Source: Octopus sinensis (Eukaryota). Taken from it: 64,000 nucleotides of DNA. The translations under genes were made by a program, and so were the position numbers. Positions within the stretch are counted from its first letter, which is position 1, and each line of letters opens with the position of its first letter. The stretch spans positions 19,406,001-19,470,000 of the forward strand of contig NC_043024.1 of the NCBI RefSeq assembly GCF_006345805.1. The letters run 5' to 3'. The notes under the pieces were generated by a model. The model was not told the DNA's origin. It saw only the letters and a list, made by a program, of their open reading frames with translations, and did no database searches. This document shows positions 50,520-62,994 of this stretch, one piece after another.

Positions 50520-52262
50520 TCAAGCTGAGAAGCTAGAAAAATAGGTATATCATATAGGAGAATAGCTTTACAGAATCCAGTTGACTTTTATGGCACTGAA
50601 AAGGCTGCAGGTCAAATGGGACATCACTGGTCATACAGGAAAAGCATTGTATGTCGTGCATTTGTTTGGCGTTCGTCTTTTGATGGGCTTTTTTTAGTAG
50701 ACAGTTTTTTTGATAAGGAATGTCAGTAAGTAATAGTGAAATGAAATTACAAATGCTCGGTTGACTGTGATGGCATTGAAAAGGCTGTAGGTCACATAAA
50801 ACATCACTGTTCATACAGAAAAAAGCATTGCACATCGTGCATTTGCTTGGTGTTCGTTTTTTGACGGTCTCTCTTTAGTAGACAGTTTTTTTTATTAGGA
50901 ACTAGCAGTATCGCCCGGCGTTGCTCGGGTTTGTAAGGGGAATAACTATATAAGCATTTTTAGAGAGTTATAGCCAAAAAATAGCAAAATAATGCATTAA
51001 AAATGGAAAAAAAATTATGGTAAATTTTTTTTTAAATCGTTGACTCATCGTAGACATTTTTAGAGAGTTACTTCCCTTATATAATAGCGAAAAAAATGCA
51101 TTAAAATGGAAAAAGATTATGGTAAATTTTTTTTTAAATCGTAGACGCGCGCTAATACCCAGAAGGGCTCGCTATGAATCACGACTATAAGATACCCGGT
51201 TTTGGTTAAACTGCACCGCAAAATGTGGGAGTAGTTGGGAATCTAAATCGTAGGAGACAGACACACAACTTCTCTTTTATATATAAAGATATCAGCAAGT
51301 GATAGTGAAATGAAATTAGAAATGCTGTGTCCTGCCAGCGTTAGTGCCGAAATTCTGATGCTATATTACAGGAATGGAAGACAAGGCAACGGTAACAGTC
51401 CAATAAAATTACAAATGCTATGACCTGTCATTCAGATTTAGGTGTACTCATCCAGTATGTGTGTATAAGAGAAAAACGTAATAATTGAAGTACAAATAAG
51501 ATGGATTCCATATATGAACTTTTGTTTGTCCTTCAAGTTGCAATCCAGCAACTTTTAGTGTTTGGCCCCGATCTTTTATTAATGCTCATATCAGAACTGA
51601 GAAGCTAGAAAAATGGGTATGTCATATAGGAGAATGGCTTTACAGAATCCAGTTGACTGCGATGGCACTGAAAAGGCTGCAGGTCAAGTGGAACATCCAT
51701 TTGTCATGGTTCCTTTTGACATTTGAATAGGTGATATATCGTGAATGAAGCTAGAAGAATAGCTATATCATATAGAAGAATAGTTTTAGGGAATGCAGGT
51801 GACTGTGGGATGGCACTGAGAAGGCAACAGGTGAAGTAGGAGACCCAGTTCTCATGATTTCTTTTGACATTTGAATAGACTGGATGCTCAAGGAGAATTG
51901 AAAGATTCAGTTTCGAACCTGAACCAGGGTGAGACTACAGATTTAGGTTTGTGCTTGTCTCACCTTCGTTTTCTGCTGCATGTTGTGCATTTGTTTGGTG
52001 TTCAGTTTTTGATGGTCTTTACTTTTGGAGATGTTTTTTTTATTAGGAATATCAGTAAGTAATAGTCAAGTGAAATTACAAATGCTGTATCCTGTCAGTC
52101 AGATTTAGGTATACTCGTCCTCTATGTGTGTATTATACAAGAGAAAAGCATTAAATAATTGAAGTAGAAAAAAGATGGATTTCGTATACAAACTTCTGTT
52201 TGTCCTTCAAGTTGCGATCCGGCAGCTTTTAGTGTTTGGCCCTGACTTTTATTAATGCTCAT
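50520..52262. repeat. Locally amplified diverged tandem repeat, interrupted by a Helitron
   Basis: Blocks GCTAGAAAAATRGGTATRTCATATAGGAGAAT (50533, 51603, 51749), TAGGAATRTCAGTAAGTAATAGT (50715, 52044) and GTCCTTCAAGTTGC (51527, 52202) recur. Confidence 0.75.
50902..51289 (-). mobile_element. Non-autonomous Helitron (388 bp) with an internal ~100-bp duplication
   Basis: Minus: A|TCTTTATATATAAAAG...CCCGAGCAACGCCGGGCGATACTGCTAG|T; removing it restores TATTAGGAATATCAG, identical to the paralogous empty site at 52041-52055. Confidence 0.92.
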
Positions 52263-52299
52263 AGCAAAAGAAAGTGGGATAGGAAACTGTAAGGGCTTA

Positions 52300-52500
52300 A
52301 ATTTGAATGGGGCATTTGATGGTAGTTTCAGCCCGCGTTTTTTCTAAACGACCGTCACCTGTCAGTCAGCGAAGCTGCTTCAGTCAGCGAAGCTGCTTCA
52401 GTCAGCTTGTGTTTATGATTTTCAAGCCATTTTCGGTCTTCCCGCTTCAGCCATATATAGAAGCTGGCTTTTTCGACTGCCTCCTGACCTGGCTTTTTCG
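52300..52500 (-). mobile_element. 3' fragment of a HERO-like RLE LINE
   Basis: Minus translation EAVEKASFYIWLKREDRKWLE resembles the A.E.AS.W.W.KR..W terminus of HERO elements (from memory). Confidence 0.45.
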
Positions 52501-52504
52501 ACCA

Positions 52505-52699
52505 CTTCCTATCATCTTGCACCATTTATTTATTCCATCCTCCGCAATCATGTCTGGTTTTCTTGCATCAATACTGTGGTCAGTTTTTATGACCACACAA
52601 GATTTTGTATTTCTCATTTTCTATCGCAGACTTTGGTTTGTGTTCCTACCACTTTCCTATTGTTTTGAGGTCACACACTTGGCTAATGTCCCAATGCAC

Positions 52700-52740
<41 letters not shown>

Positions 52741-52742
52741 CA
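52505..52742 (-). mobile_element. Decayed Dong/R4-type endonuclease fragment adjacent to (TAA)n
   Basis: Minus translation VHWDI...KW*EHKP...ENEKYKIL...TDHSIDARKPDMI. Confidence 0.65.
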
Positions 52743-53198
52743 TTGCATTCGAAGGCTCTACGTCTAAGCATAGCTTAACATTAATTTGTCAATGTATTTG
52801 CCATCAATTTGCGAAGTATACTCGACATGCACTTGTTGGCATGGAGCAAGAGATAGTGACAGATTAACTTTGACGAGCACGCCATCCGTATGTTAATTAG
52901 TCTGCAGCATAAATGAAAGCCTGCATGCGTGTGTGTGTGTGTGTGTGAGAGAGAGCATGTGTGTATGGCATGATGAGAATGTTAAGTGGCTGAAGTCGAG
53001 TTAGATATGCCATAAAGGAAGGAAGGAAGGAAAGAAGGAAGGGATGGAGGGATGGATGGATGGAGGGATGGAAGGATGGAGGGATGACGGAGGAATAATG
53101 TTAGTTATTGATTATCTTTTTGTCATCAGTAAGTGCAAATGGCAATTCTAGAAGTCTTTCCTAATCGCTGTGAAAGATATACGTGTGTCTATATAGAC

Positions 53199-53234
<36 letters not shown>

Positions 53235-53277
53235 GTGTGTGTGTGTTTGTGCATTCATCCACCTACAATCACACACA

Positions 53278-53878
53278 TGCATCACCATCCTCATCATCAT
53301 CACCATCCTCATCATCATCACCATCCTCATCATCATCACCATCATCATCATTATCATCATCACCATCATCATCACCATCCTCATCATCATCACCATCCTC
53401 ATCATCATCACCATCATCATCACCATCACCATCATCATCATCATCACCATCATCACCACCATCATCATCATCACCATCATCATCACCATCACCATCATCG
53501 TCACCATCACCATCATCACCACCATCATCATCATCACCATCCTCATCATCATCACCATCCTCATCATCATCACCATCATCATCACCATCACCATCATCAT
53601 CACCATCACCATCCTCATCATCATCACCATCATCATCACCATCACCATCATCGTCACCATCACCATCATCACCACCATCATCATCATCACCATCCTCATC
53701 ATCATCACCATCCTCATCATCATCACCATCATCATCACCATCACCATCATCATCACCATCACCATCATCATCATCATCACCATCATCACCACTATCATCA
53801 CCATTACCATCATCATCATCATCATCAACATCATCATCATCATCACCACCACCATCATCATTATCATCATCATCGTCG
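53278..53878. repeat. 600-bp (CAT/CAC/CCT) triplet array: expanded (GAT)n tail of an RTE 3' end; 153-bp internal duplication
   Basis: Rare CGT marker at 53499 and 53652; abuts the RTE terminus at 53875. Confidence 0.9.
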
Positions 53879-54225
53879 TTTAACGTCCGTTTTCCATGCT
53901 GGCATGGGTTGGATGGTTTGACTGAGGTCTGGAAAGCCAGTGGCTGCACCAGGCTCCAATCTGATCTGGCAGTGTTTCTACAGCTGGATGCCCTTTCTTA
54001 AGCTAACTACTCCGAAAGTGTAGTGGGTGCTTTTTATGTGCCACTGGCACAGGATCCAGTCAGGGGGCACTGGCATCGACCACACTCAAATGTTGCCTTT
54101 TACATGTCACCGGCACAGGTGCCAGTCAAGCGACACTGATATCAGCCACACTTGAATGGTACTTTTTAGATGCTACCGACACAGATGCCAGTCAGGCGGC
54201 ACTGGTATCAGCCACGGATATGATT
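53875..54225 (-). mobile_element. RTE LINE family 1, 3' UTR fragment
   Basis: GTTTAACGTCCGTTTTCCATGCTGGCATGGG... Confidence 0.85.
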
Positions 54226-54334
54226 GGACCAGTGTCTCCTACTACAGCCCTGGCCCAAGCAATGATTTGTGAGTGAATTTGGTCAGTGGAAACTGTGGAA
54301 ATCTGTTGTGTATGTATATATATATATATATATA

Positions 54335-55005
54335 GGCACAGGTGTAGCTGTGTGGTAAGAAGCTTGCTTCCCAACCACATGGTTTCAGGTTCAGTACCAC
54401 TGTGTGACACCTTGGCAAATGTCTTCTACTATAGCCCCAAGCCAACCAAAGGTTTGTGAGTGAACTTGGTAGATGGAAACCGAAAGAAGCCTGTCATGTA
54501 TATACACGTGTGTGTGTGTGTTTTGCATCACTGCTTGACAACCAGCATTGGTGTGCTTACATCCTCATAACTTAGCGGTGCAGCAAAAAGTAACTGATAT
54601 AACAAGTAACAGCTTATAAAAATTATAAGTACTGGGGTTGACTAAACCCTTCAAAGTGGTACTCCAGCATGGCCACAGTCTAACAACAAATATGAATAAA
54701 AGATGAAAGATAATGGAAAGTGTTGTTGTTGTTTAACCTCCACCCCCACTCCCATCCCAAAGACACACACGATGAGCTTCCAACAGTTTCCCTTTATCAC
54801 ATGTATATATGTGTGTATGTATATATATATGTTGGGATGCATGTATGAATGTATATACGGCAGGCTTCTTTCAGTTTCCATCTACCAATTGCAAGATTTT
54901 GGTCGGCCTGGACCTATAGTAGAAGACACTTGCCCAAGGTGTCATGCAGTGGGACTGAACCCAGAACTCTGTGGTTGGGAAGCAAGCTTCTTGCTTACAT
55001 AGCCT
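54335..55005. mobile_element. SINE-A (+, 54335-54700) and SINE-A head (-, 54855-55005)
   Basis: Head motifs in opposite orientation. Confidence 0.8.
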
Positions 55006-55207
55006 GTTCTTAAAAAAGAAATCAATTACAAAGAGCTCAGAATCTTTATTTCTGGGAAAGATTTTTAAAGGACATTTTCTATCTTTTTCCTTTTTCCTGT
55101 TTTTTTTTCCTTTAAATCTTTTCGGTTTTGATGCTGGAAACCCTGAAAGATGATAGATAGGTGTGGTGAATTTCATATCTGAAAATAAATGTCTTGAGAA
55201 TTGACAG

Positions 55208-55323
55208 GAAATCTCTTTGTTGACATTGCAAAAGTGAATTACCAAAGAATGACCCTAGAAGCAATAATCAATCTGGCTTCTATTAACAGTTCAGAGATTG
55301 CTTCCTCTTCGATTACAGGATTG
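55208..55323 (+). CDS. Candidate internal exon (GNLFVDIAKVNYQRMTLEAIINLASINSSEIASSSITGL)
   Basis: Perfect donor TTG|GTAAGT; one open frame; weak acceptor GAATTGACAG; the antisense frame is also open. Confidence 0.25.
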
Positions 55324-55717
55324 GTAAGTGTGGTAATTCTGTCTGCAGGAACTATGATGTTGAGTGATGTGAATTTAAAACAGATTACTTCGTGAGACAT
55401 GGAATACCGATACCAAACACAAGTTTAGTATTAATTTATCAGGAACAACTGAGATCTTTGACAGAGAACAAAACCGAATTTTTTTACTTGTTGATCTCAG
55501 CTAAAAGGACAAGAAGTACTGGACAAGAAGATCCATGAATGGTCGCTCAACTTGCTAGAAATAGTAGGTAAGTAGCTTGTTTACTAACCACATGGTTCCA
55601 GGTTCAGTCCCACTGCGTGGCACCTTGGGCAAGTGTCTTCTGCTATAGCCTCGGGTCGACCAAAGCCTTGTGAGTGGATTTGGTAGATGGAAACTGAAAG
55701 AAGCCCATCATATATAT

Positions 55718-55739
<22 letters not shown>

Positions 55740-55758
<19 letters not shown>

Positions 55759-58620
55759 CACAGGAGTGGCTGTGTGGTGAGTAGCTTGCTTACAAACCAC
55801 ATGGTTCCGGGTTCAATCCCACTGCGTGGCACCTTGGCAAGTGTCTTCTACTATAGCCTCGGGGCAACCAAAGCCTTGTGAGTGGATTTGGTAGACGGAA
55901 ACTGAAAGAAGCCCGTCGTATATATGTACATATATATATGCGGGCGTGTGTTTGTGTGTCTGTGTTTGTCCCCCTAGCATTGCTTGACAACCGATGCTGG
56001 TGTGTTTATGTCCCTGTTACTTAGCAGTTCGGCAAAAGAGACCAATAGAATAAGTACTGGGCTTACAAAAGAATAAGTCCCGGGGTCGATTTGCTCGATT
56101 AAAAAGCGGTGCTCCAGCATGGGCGCAGTCAAATGACTGAAACCAGTAAAAGAGTAAATGATTCTCAGATTATAACGATCTTTTAGTCTGTTATCTTCTA
56201 TCTTTTACTTGTTTTAGACATTGGAATAGAGCCATGCTGGAGCACTGCCTTTTTGTCGCAAAAAATTAACCCTAGTTTTTGTGTTTTGGTTTTTGTAATT
56301 TTTGTAATTTTTAAAAAATCTGTTACTTATTCTATCAGTCACTATTGCTGAACTACTAAGTTATGAAGACATTCATAAATAAATAAAAGCAACACTGGTT
56401 GTCTTGTGGTGGTGATGGTAGGACAAACACTCACAGACACACACATACACACACACATACGCACTCTCTCTGTCTTTCTCTCTCTCTTAAGGCAAGGGTC
56501 CAGTGCATTGACTTGCCTAGGGACCTACATTACTGATAGACAGCCCTACACCCACAGACACACAGACACACACAAACACACACACACACCTTTCACACAG
56601 TTTCTGTCTACCAAATCAATTCACAAAGCACTGATCGGCCCAGAGTTATTGTACAGGACACTTCCCAAAAGTGCTGTGCAGTGGGACTGAACTTGAAACC
56701 ACATGGTTGAAAATCAAGATTCTTAACCACACAGCTATGCCTGAAAAATGAAACGAAAGACACACTAGATTCATGTAGTCCTAGATACGATACACTGTGC
56801 TCTCAAACTCATATTCTTGGGCCTCAAATCATTGGAACCAAACACAATAATATCCTTTCTACTGCAGGCACAAAGTCTGAGATTTTGGGGGAGACGGTGA
56901 GTTAATTACATCACTCCACCTTCACAATCCAATTCTCAAATGGAGTCAGTTCATTTGCCTAAAACTCATCAAGGTGGTGCCACAGCATGGCCACAATCAA
57001 ATAACTGTAAGAAATGTAAGAAATGAAGATTAAATTAAATTTGTCAAGTGTTGACGCTTTAATGTATAAATCTTTAGCTTAATACTAGAGTCAGACAAAA
57101 ACATGTTTAATGAAGCCAAGGTATACAGGTATATGTATATACATATATACATTATATTCATTATTCATATATATATATATATTATATATATATATAGGCA
57201 CAGGAGTGGCTGTGTGGTGAGTAGCTTGCTTACAAACCACATGGTTCCGGGTTCAATCCCACTGCGTGGCACCTTGGGCAAGTGTCTTCTACTATAGCCT
57301 CGGGGCAACCAAAGCCTTGTGAGTGGATTTGGTAGACGGAAACTGAAAGAAGCCCGTCGTATATATGTACATATATATATGCGGGCGTGTGTTTGTGTGT
57401 CTGTGTTTGTCCCCCTAGCATTGCTTGACAACCGATGCTGGTGTGTTTATGTCCCTGTTACTTAGCAGTTCGGCAAAAGAGACCAATAGAATAAGTACTG
57501 GGCTTACAAAAGAATAAGTCCCGGGGTCGATTTGCTCGATTAAAAAGCGGTGCTCCAGCATGGGCGCAGTCAAATGACTGAAACCAGTAAAAGAGTAAAT
57601 GATTCTCAGATTATAACGATCTTTTAGTCTGTTATCTTCTATCTTTTACTTGTTTTAGACATTGGAATAGAGCCATGCTGGAGCACTGCCTTTTTGTCGC
57701 AAAAAATTAACCCTAGTTTTTGTGTTTTGGTTTTTGTAATTTTTGTAATTTTTAAAAAAATCTGTTACTTATTCTATCAGTCACTATTGCTGAACTACTA
57801 AGTTATGAAGACATTCATAAATAAATAAAAGCAACACTGGTTGTCTTGTGGTGGTGATGGTAGGACAAACACTCACAGACACACACATACACACACACAC
57901 ACATACGCACTCTCTCTGTCTTTCTCTCTCTCTTAAGGCAAGGGTCCAGTGCATTGACTTGCCTAGGGACCTACATTACTGATAGACAGCCCTACACCCA
58001 CAGACACACAGACACACACAAACACACACACACACCTTTCACACAGTTTCTGTCTACCAAATCAATTCACAAAGCACTGATCGGCCCAGAGTTATTGTAC
58101 AGGACACTTCCCAAAAGTGCTGTGCAGTGGGACTGAACTTGAAACCACATGGTTGAAAATCAAGATTCTTAACCACACAGCTATGCCTGAAAAATGAAAC
58201 GAAAGACACACTAGATTCATGTAGTCCTAGATACGATACACTGTGCTCTCAAACTCATATTCTTGGGCCTCAAATCATTGGAACCAAACACAATAATATC
58301 CTTTCTACTGCAGGCACAAAGTCTGAGATTTTGGGGGAGACGGTGAGTTAATTACATCACTCCACCTTCACAATCCAATTCTCAAATGGAGTCAGTTCAT
58401 TTGCCTAAAACTCATCAAGGTGGTGCCACAGCATGGCCACAATCAAATAACTGTAAGAAATGTAAGAAATGAAGATTAAATTAAATTTGTCAAGTGTTGA
58501 CGCTTTAATGTATAAATCTTTAGCTTAATACTAGAGTCAGACAAAAACATGTTTAATGAAGCCAAGGTATACAGGTATATGTATATACATATATACATTA
58601 TACTCATTATTCATATATAT
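55740..58620. repeat. Near-identical tandem duplication of ~1.44 kb (55740-57180 / 57180-58620), each unit starting with a full SINE-A
   Basis: SINE head at 55756 and 57196; ATGTTTAATGAAGCCAAGG at 57103 and 58550. Confidence 0.92.
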
Positions 58621-58689
58621 ATATATATATGTGTGTGGGGGCGGTTTCTGTATGTCCACACACAGAAATATTAAGTGCATGGACATATA

Positions 58690-58975
58690 TATATATTTTG
58701 GGAAAGTTTACGAAAATAAGCAAAAGACGAAGGCAGGTGGAGTACAAACAAACAAATGTATTAGTATAGCGCTCAGGAATAGAAATAGAAAAAGTCTTTT
58801 ACGTTTCGAGCCTAAGCTCTTTGACAGAAAGATACACAGAAAAAAACAAGGAGAGAAAAAAATGTGTGTAGGAGCTAACGATCGATCATGACATGTAGGA
58901 GTTAACGATCTATCATGGCGTGTAGGAGCTAACAATCTATCATGGCATGTAGGAGCTAACGATCTATCATGGTGT
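58690..58975 (-). mobile_element. Penelope-terminal-repeat-like element with HHR-like motif (58795-58832) and 4 x 27-bp terminal repeats (58867-58974)
   Basis: UCUUU CUGUCAA A GAG CUUAGG CUC GAA ACGU A AAAGA; TGTAGGAGCTAACGATCTATCATGGCA starts at 58867, 58894, 58921 and 58948. Confidence 0.6.
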
Positions 58976-59371
58976 CATATAGGAGTGGCTGTGTGGTAAG
59001 TCGCTTGCTAACCAACCACATGCTTCCGGGTTCAGTCCCACTGCGTGGCACCTTGGGCAAGTGTCTTCTACTATAGCCTCGGGCCGACCAAAGCCTTGTG
59101 AGTGGATTTGGTAGACGGAAACTGAAAGAAGCCTGTCGTATATATGTATATATATATGTGTGTGTGCGTGTATGTTTGTGTGTCTGTGTTTGTCCCCCAA
59201 GCATTGCTTGACAACTGATGCTGGTGTGTTTATGTCCCCGTCACTTAGCAGTTCGGCAAAAGAGACCGATAGAATTAGTACTGGGCTTACAATGAATAAG
59301 TCCCGGGGTCGAGTTGCTTGACTAAAGGTGGTGCTCCAGCATGACTGAAACAAGTAAAAGAGTAAAAGAGT
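58975..59371 (+). mobile_element. Full-length SINE family A copy
   Basis: Head, microsatellite and tail present. Confidence 0.9.
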
Positions 59372-59639
59372 AAATATTTCTGTATATATACATTATATAT
59401 GCATGTGTGTGTATATATATACATGCACACATATTCATATATTTTTTATATATATATATATATATATATCTGAAGTATGACCTTCAAATACTGGGAATAA
59501 CAGGAAACTTAAATCTTTGGAAATATGTTGCAATTAAGAAGATCCGGAAACTAAAGTGAGATCACAGCCATGCATGTCTGGCCCAGTTAAAAGTACCCTT
59601 GATGCATCATGTAATATGATATGTTTAAGTAAACCTGTT

Positions 59640-59962
59640 GAGTCAAGTAAAACCAATATCGTAGCTTGACCAATGTCCCCTGGCTGGCTCCCATACTGGT
59701 GGCATGTAAAAAGCATCAGCTGAACGTCGCTCATGCCAGTACCCTCTGACTGGCTCCTGCTCCAGTGGCACGTAAAAAGTACCTACAACACTCGGGGAGA
59801 GGATTGCTTTAGGAAGGTCAACCAGCTGTAAAAACGTCGCCAGATCAGATTGGAGTCTGGTGCAGCCACTGGCTCTCTATACTTTATATACTTCAGTCAA
59901 ACTATCCAACCCATGCCAGCATGAAAAAACGGACTTTAAACGATGATGAGGATGATGATGAT
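59640..59962 (+). mobile_element. RTE LINE family 1, 3' UTR fragment with (GAT)n tail
   Basis: AACCCATGCCAGCATGAAAAAACGGACTTTAAACGATGATG. Confidence 0.8.
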
Positions 59963-60074
59963 ATTTATATATATATATATAGAGAGAGAGATAGATAAAC
60001 ATGCACATACCTACACATTATGCAGTCTTACTTAGCTATGTATTTTATAGGTTTCATTGCAAAATTAGTCAAAA

Positions 60075-60127
60075 ATGTATATATGTATGTATGTATATAT
60101 ACATTATATATGCATGTGTGTGTATAT

Positions 60128-60176
<49 letters not shown>

Positions 60177-60295
60177 GTATATATATGTGTGTGTATGTAT
60201 GTCTCTATATATGTATGTATGAATGTATATATGTATATATGTATATATGTATATATATATATATAATATATATATATATATATTATATATATATT

Positions 60296-60364
<69 letters not shown>

Positions 60365-60370
60365 ATATAT
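60075..60370. repeat. (TA)/(TG) microsatellite
   Basis: Direct inspection. Confidence 0.95.
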
Positions 60371-60590
60371 AATTACCTATTAATTTACACACTGCAAAAA
60401 AGATATTGATTATAATCTGAAGTTTTTGACACTGAACCAACATATTTTATTGAACAAAAACAAAAAAGATATAACAACATTTTAAAATGATTACCTTCAA
60501 TGATGATATTAATAAACAAGATTAAAGGATTAAAATTCATGAGTGAAATAATTCAAAAAAAAAAAGGAAAAGTAAAAGAAAATGTCACTT

Positions 60591-61495
60591 CATTATCATC
60601 ATCATCATCATCGTCGTCGTCGTCATCATCATCATTTAACGTCTGCTTTCCATGCTGGCATGGGTTGGACGATTTGACTGAGGACTGGCGAACCAGATGG
60701 CTGCACCAGGCTCCAATCTTGAGCTGGCAGAGTTTCTACAGCTGGATGCCCTTCCTAATGCCAACCACTCTGAGAGTGTAGTGGGTGCTTTTACGTGCCA
60801 CCGGCACGAGGGCCAGTCAGGCAGTACTGGCAATGGCCACACTCAAATGGTGTTTTTTTCATGCCACCTGCACAGGAGCCAGTCCAGCAGCACTGGCAAG
60901 GACCTTGCATGAATGTTTTTTTCCCGTGCTACTGGCACAAGTGCCAGTAATGTGACGCTGGTAACGATCACACTCGAGTGGTGCTTTTTACATGTCATCG
61001 GCACAGAAGCCAGTTAGCTGCTCTGGCAATGATCACGCTCGGATGGTGCTCTTAGTGCTCCACTAACATGGATACCAGTTATCGAATTTGATTTTGATTT
61101 TACTTGCCTCAACAGGTCTGCACAAGCAGAGTTTAGTGTCCAATGAAGAAAAGGTACGCATTAGTGGGCTGGTTACACTCCTGGGATAGGCCACAGATTA
61201 TGGTCTCATTTGGCTTGCTGAGTCTTCTCAAGCACAGCATATTTCCAAAGGTCTATGTCACTAGTCATTGCCTCGGTGAGGCCTAATGTTCGAAGGTCAT
61301 GCTTCACCACTTCAGCCCAGATCTTCCTGAGTCTACCTCTTCCACAGGTTCCCTCAACCACTAGGGTGTGGCACTTTTTTGCACAGCTATCCTCATCCAT
61401 TCTCACCACATGACTATACCAGCGCAGTCGTCTCTCTTGCACACCACATCTGATGCTTCTTAGGTCCAACTTTTCTCTCAAGGTACTTACAGCTC
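60591..61495 (-). mobile_element. 5'-truncated RTE-clade LINE (ORF2 C-terminus, long 3' UTR, (GAT)n tail)
   Basis: REKLDLRSIRCGVQERRLRWYSHVVRM...GRGRLRKIWAEVVKHDL matches the RTE RLRW.GHV.R / RGRP.K.W motifs. Confidence 0.9.
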
Positions 61496-61847
61496 CCTAG
61501 ATTACCAGCAAGGGTTACAATATCCAATCCATGTCAGCATGGAGAGGGTTTTTGCTGCAAGGCCCCATGTGTGGTAGTAGGATTCAGAAAGAGTCAGAAG
61601 TGGTTGTCAGAGAATTTCTATAACATCACCAGCACCAATTTCTGGCCTCCTAACTACTCTCAGTTTTAATCACAGATTACACTAACAGCTTGCCTCCTTA
61701 TGGTCAAAATTAAGGAAGTGTTCAAAGATATTTCCAGGAACACAGTGAAGAATGTGTACACCAGGTTCTGAAACCATCTTGAAGTTGTGGGGGAAACTGA
61801 GGGTTGCTGTGTTGAGTAAACTGTTATCTCCCAGCCATAATCTAGTT

Positions 61848-62273
61848 CAGTGGTTCCCAAACTTTTTAGAGTCGCGACCCACTATTTATCACACCAGTTT
61901 ATGACGACCCACTTAACTCTACTTGAACTATCTTGATAGACCAGTGGTTTTCAACCAGGGTTCCGCGGAACCTTAGGGTTCCGCCAGTACAGTCCAGGGG
62001 TTCCGCAAGAAGTTACAAAACTGCTAAAATCGGCAGTAATTTTTAATTCTCCTGTGCAGATATGTCTGCATAAGACTATTAAATTATTGCACTGGGGTTC
62101 CTCGAGCCAGTGGAATGTTTCCTTGGGGATCCGCTCCTGCAAAACGTTTGAAAAGCACTGCGATAGACAGAGGTTAATCAAAGCTAATGCGTAATTTTAT
62201 AACTTTCTGCGACCCACTAAGATTCTGTTCGCGACCCATCTGTGGGTCGCGACTCATAGTTTGGGAACCACTG
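61848..62273. mobile_element. hAT-type MITE, TIR CAGTGGTTCCCAAAC, 8-bp TSD ATCTAGTT
   Basis: TSD at 61840-61847 and 62274-62281. Confidence 0.9.
61942..62160. mobile_element. Second hAT-type MITE nested in the first, TSD T/CGATAGAC
   Basis: TIR CAGTGGTTTTCAAC / TTTGAAAAGCACTG; TGATAGAC at 61934-61941 versus CGATAGAC at 62161-62168. Confidence 0.85.
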
Positions 62274-62381
62274 ATCTAGTTTATATTTTTTGATTTTTTA
62301 AAAATACTTTTGTTTGTGGATGGAATATTGTTTTCTTCTCCTTTTATGCAAAGTGTCAAATTCAGCTTGAACACCTTGTCA

Positions 62382-62431
<50 letters not shown>

Positions 62432-62994
62432 TATAAAAGCACCATATGACTGTAGTTTGCAGCTCTGGCTTTCCGCTCGGTTTACTATAACCGTACAATA
62501 GACATATCATTATTCAGTGATGTGGTCTAGAAAAATTAGAAATACTGAAAATAATGAAACCATTGTCTTGCTCGCTGTTAACTTGAAGATTGCCTGTGAC
62601 AACCACTGCATTGCATTCGTATTTATTTCACAAATTTAATTGTCTGGTTTAATTTCAACCTCTCACATTAGAATCGAATTTTCTCCATTGTTGTACGTCA
62701 TTAATTGAATAAACTGCAGGAATGTAATTAGTTTGTTCTGTGAAAGAAGCATTTGACAATAATCATGAATGCCATGCGATAAATAATAGAGATGAGTCTC
62801 GCAGGTTGTTTCACAATAGATCAGTTTAAACAAATAAAACCATGTGGTGAAGTGTTGCCTTCTCAACCACACCGTTCCAGGTTCAGTCCTACTGTGTGGC
62901 ACCTTGGGCAATTTTACTATAGTCTTTTACTATAGTCTCAAGCCAACCAAAGCCTTGTGAGTGGATTTAGTAGATGGAAAATAAAAGTCATCCT

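Noticed and set aside
52307-52867. 186-aa plus-strand ORF
   Set aside because: Antisense to LINE remnants plus a (TTA)n repeat
53133-54001. Long poly-His/Ser/Ile/Met/Asp ORFs (226-272 aa)
   Set aside because: Open in five frames because it is a (CAT)n-type array forming the tail of an RTE LINE
54871-55400. Minus-strand ORF/exon alternatives overlapping the 55208 candidate
   Set aside because: Lys-rich composition reflects A/T runs and the 3' part runs into a SINE; strand cannot be decided
62495-62575. Hairpin followed by GAA ACCAUUGU C
   Set aside because: No recognisable CUGANGA; too degenerate to call
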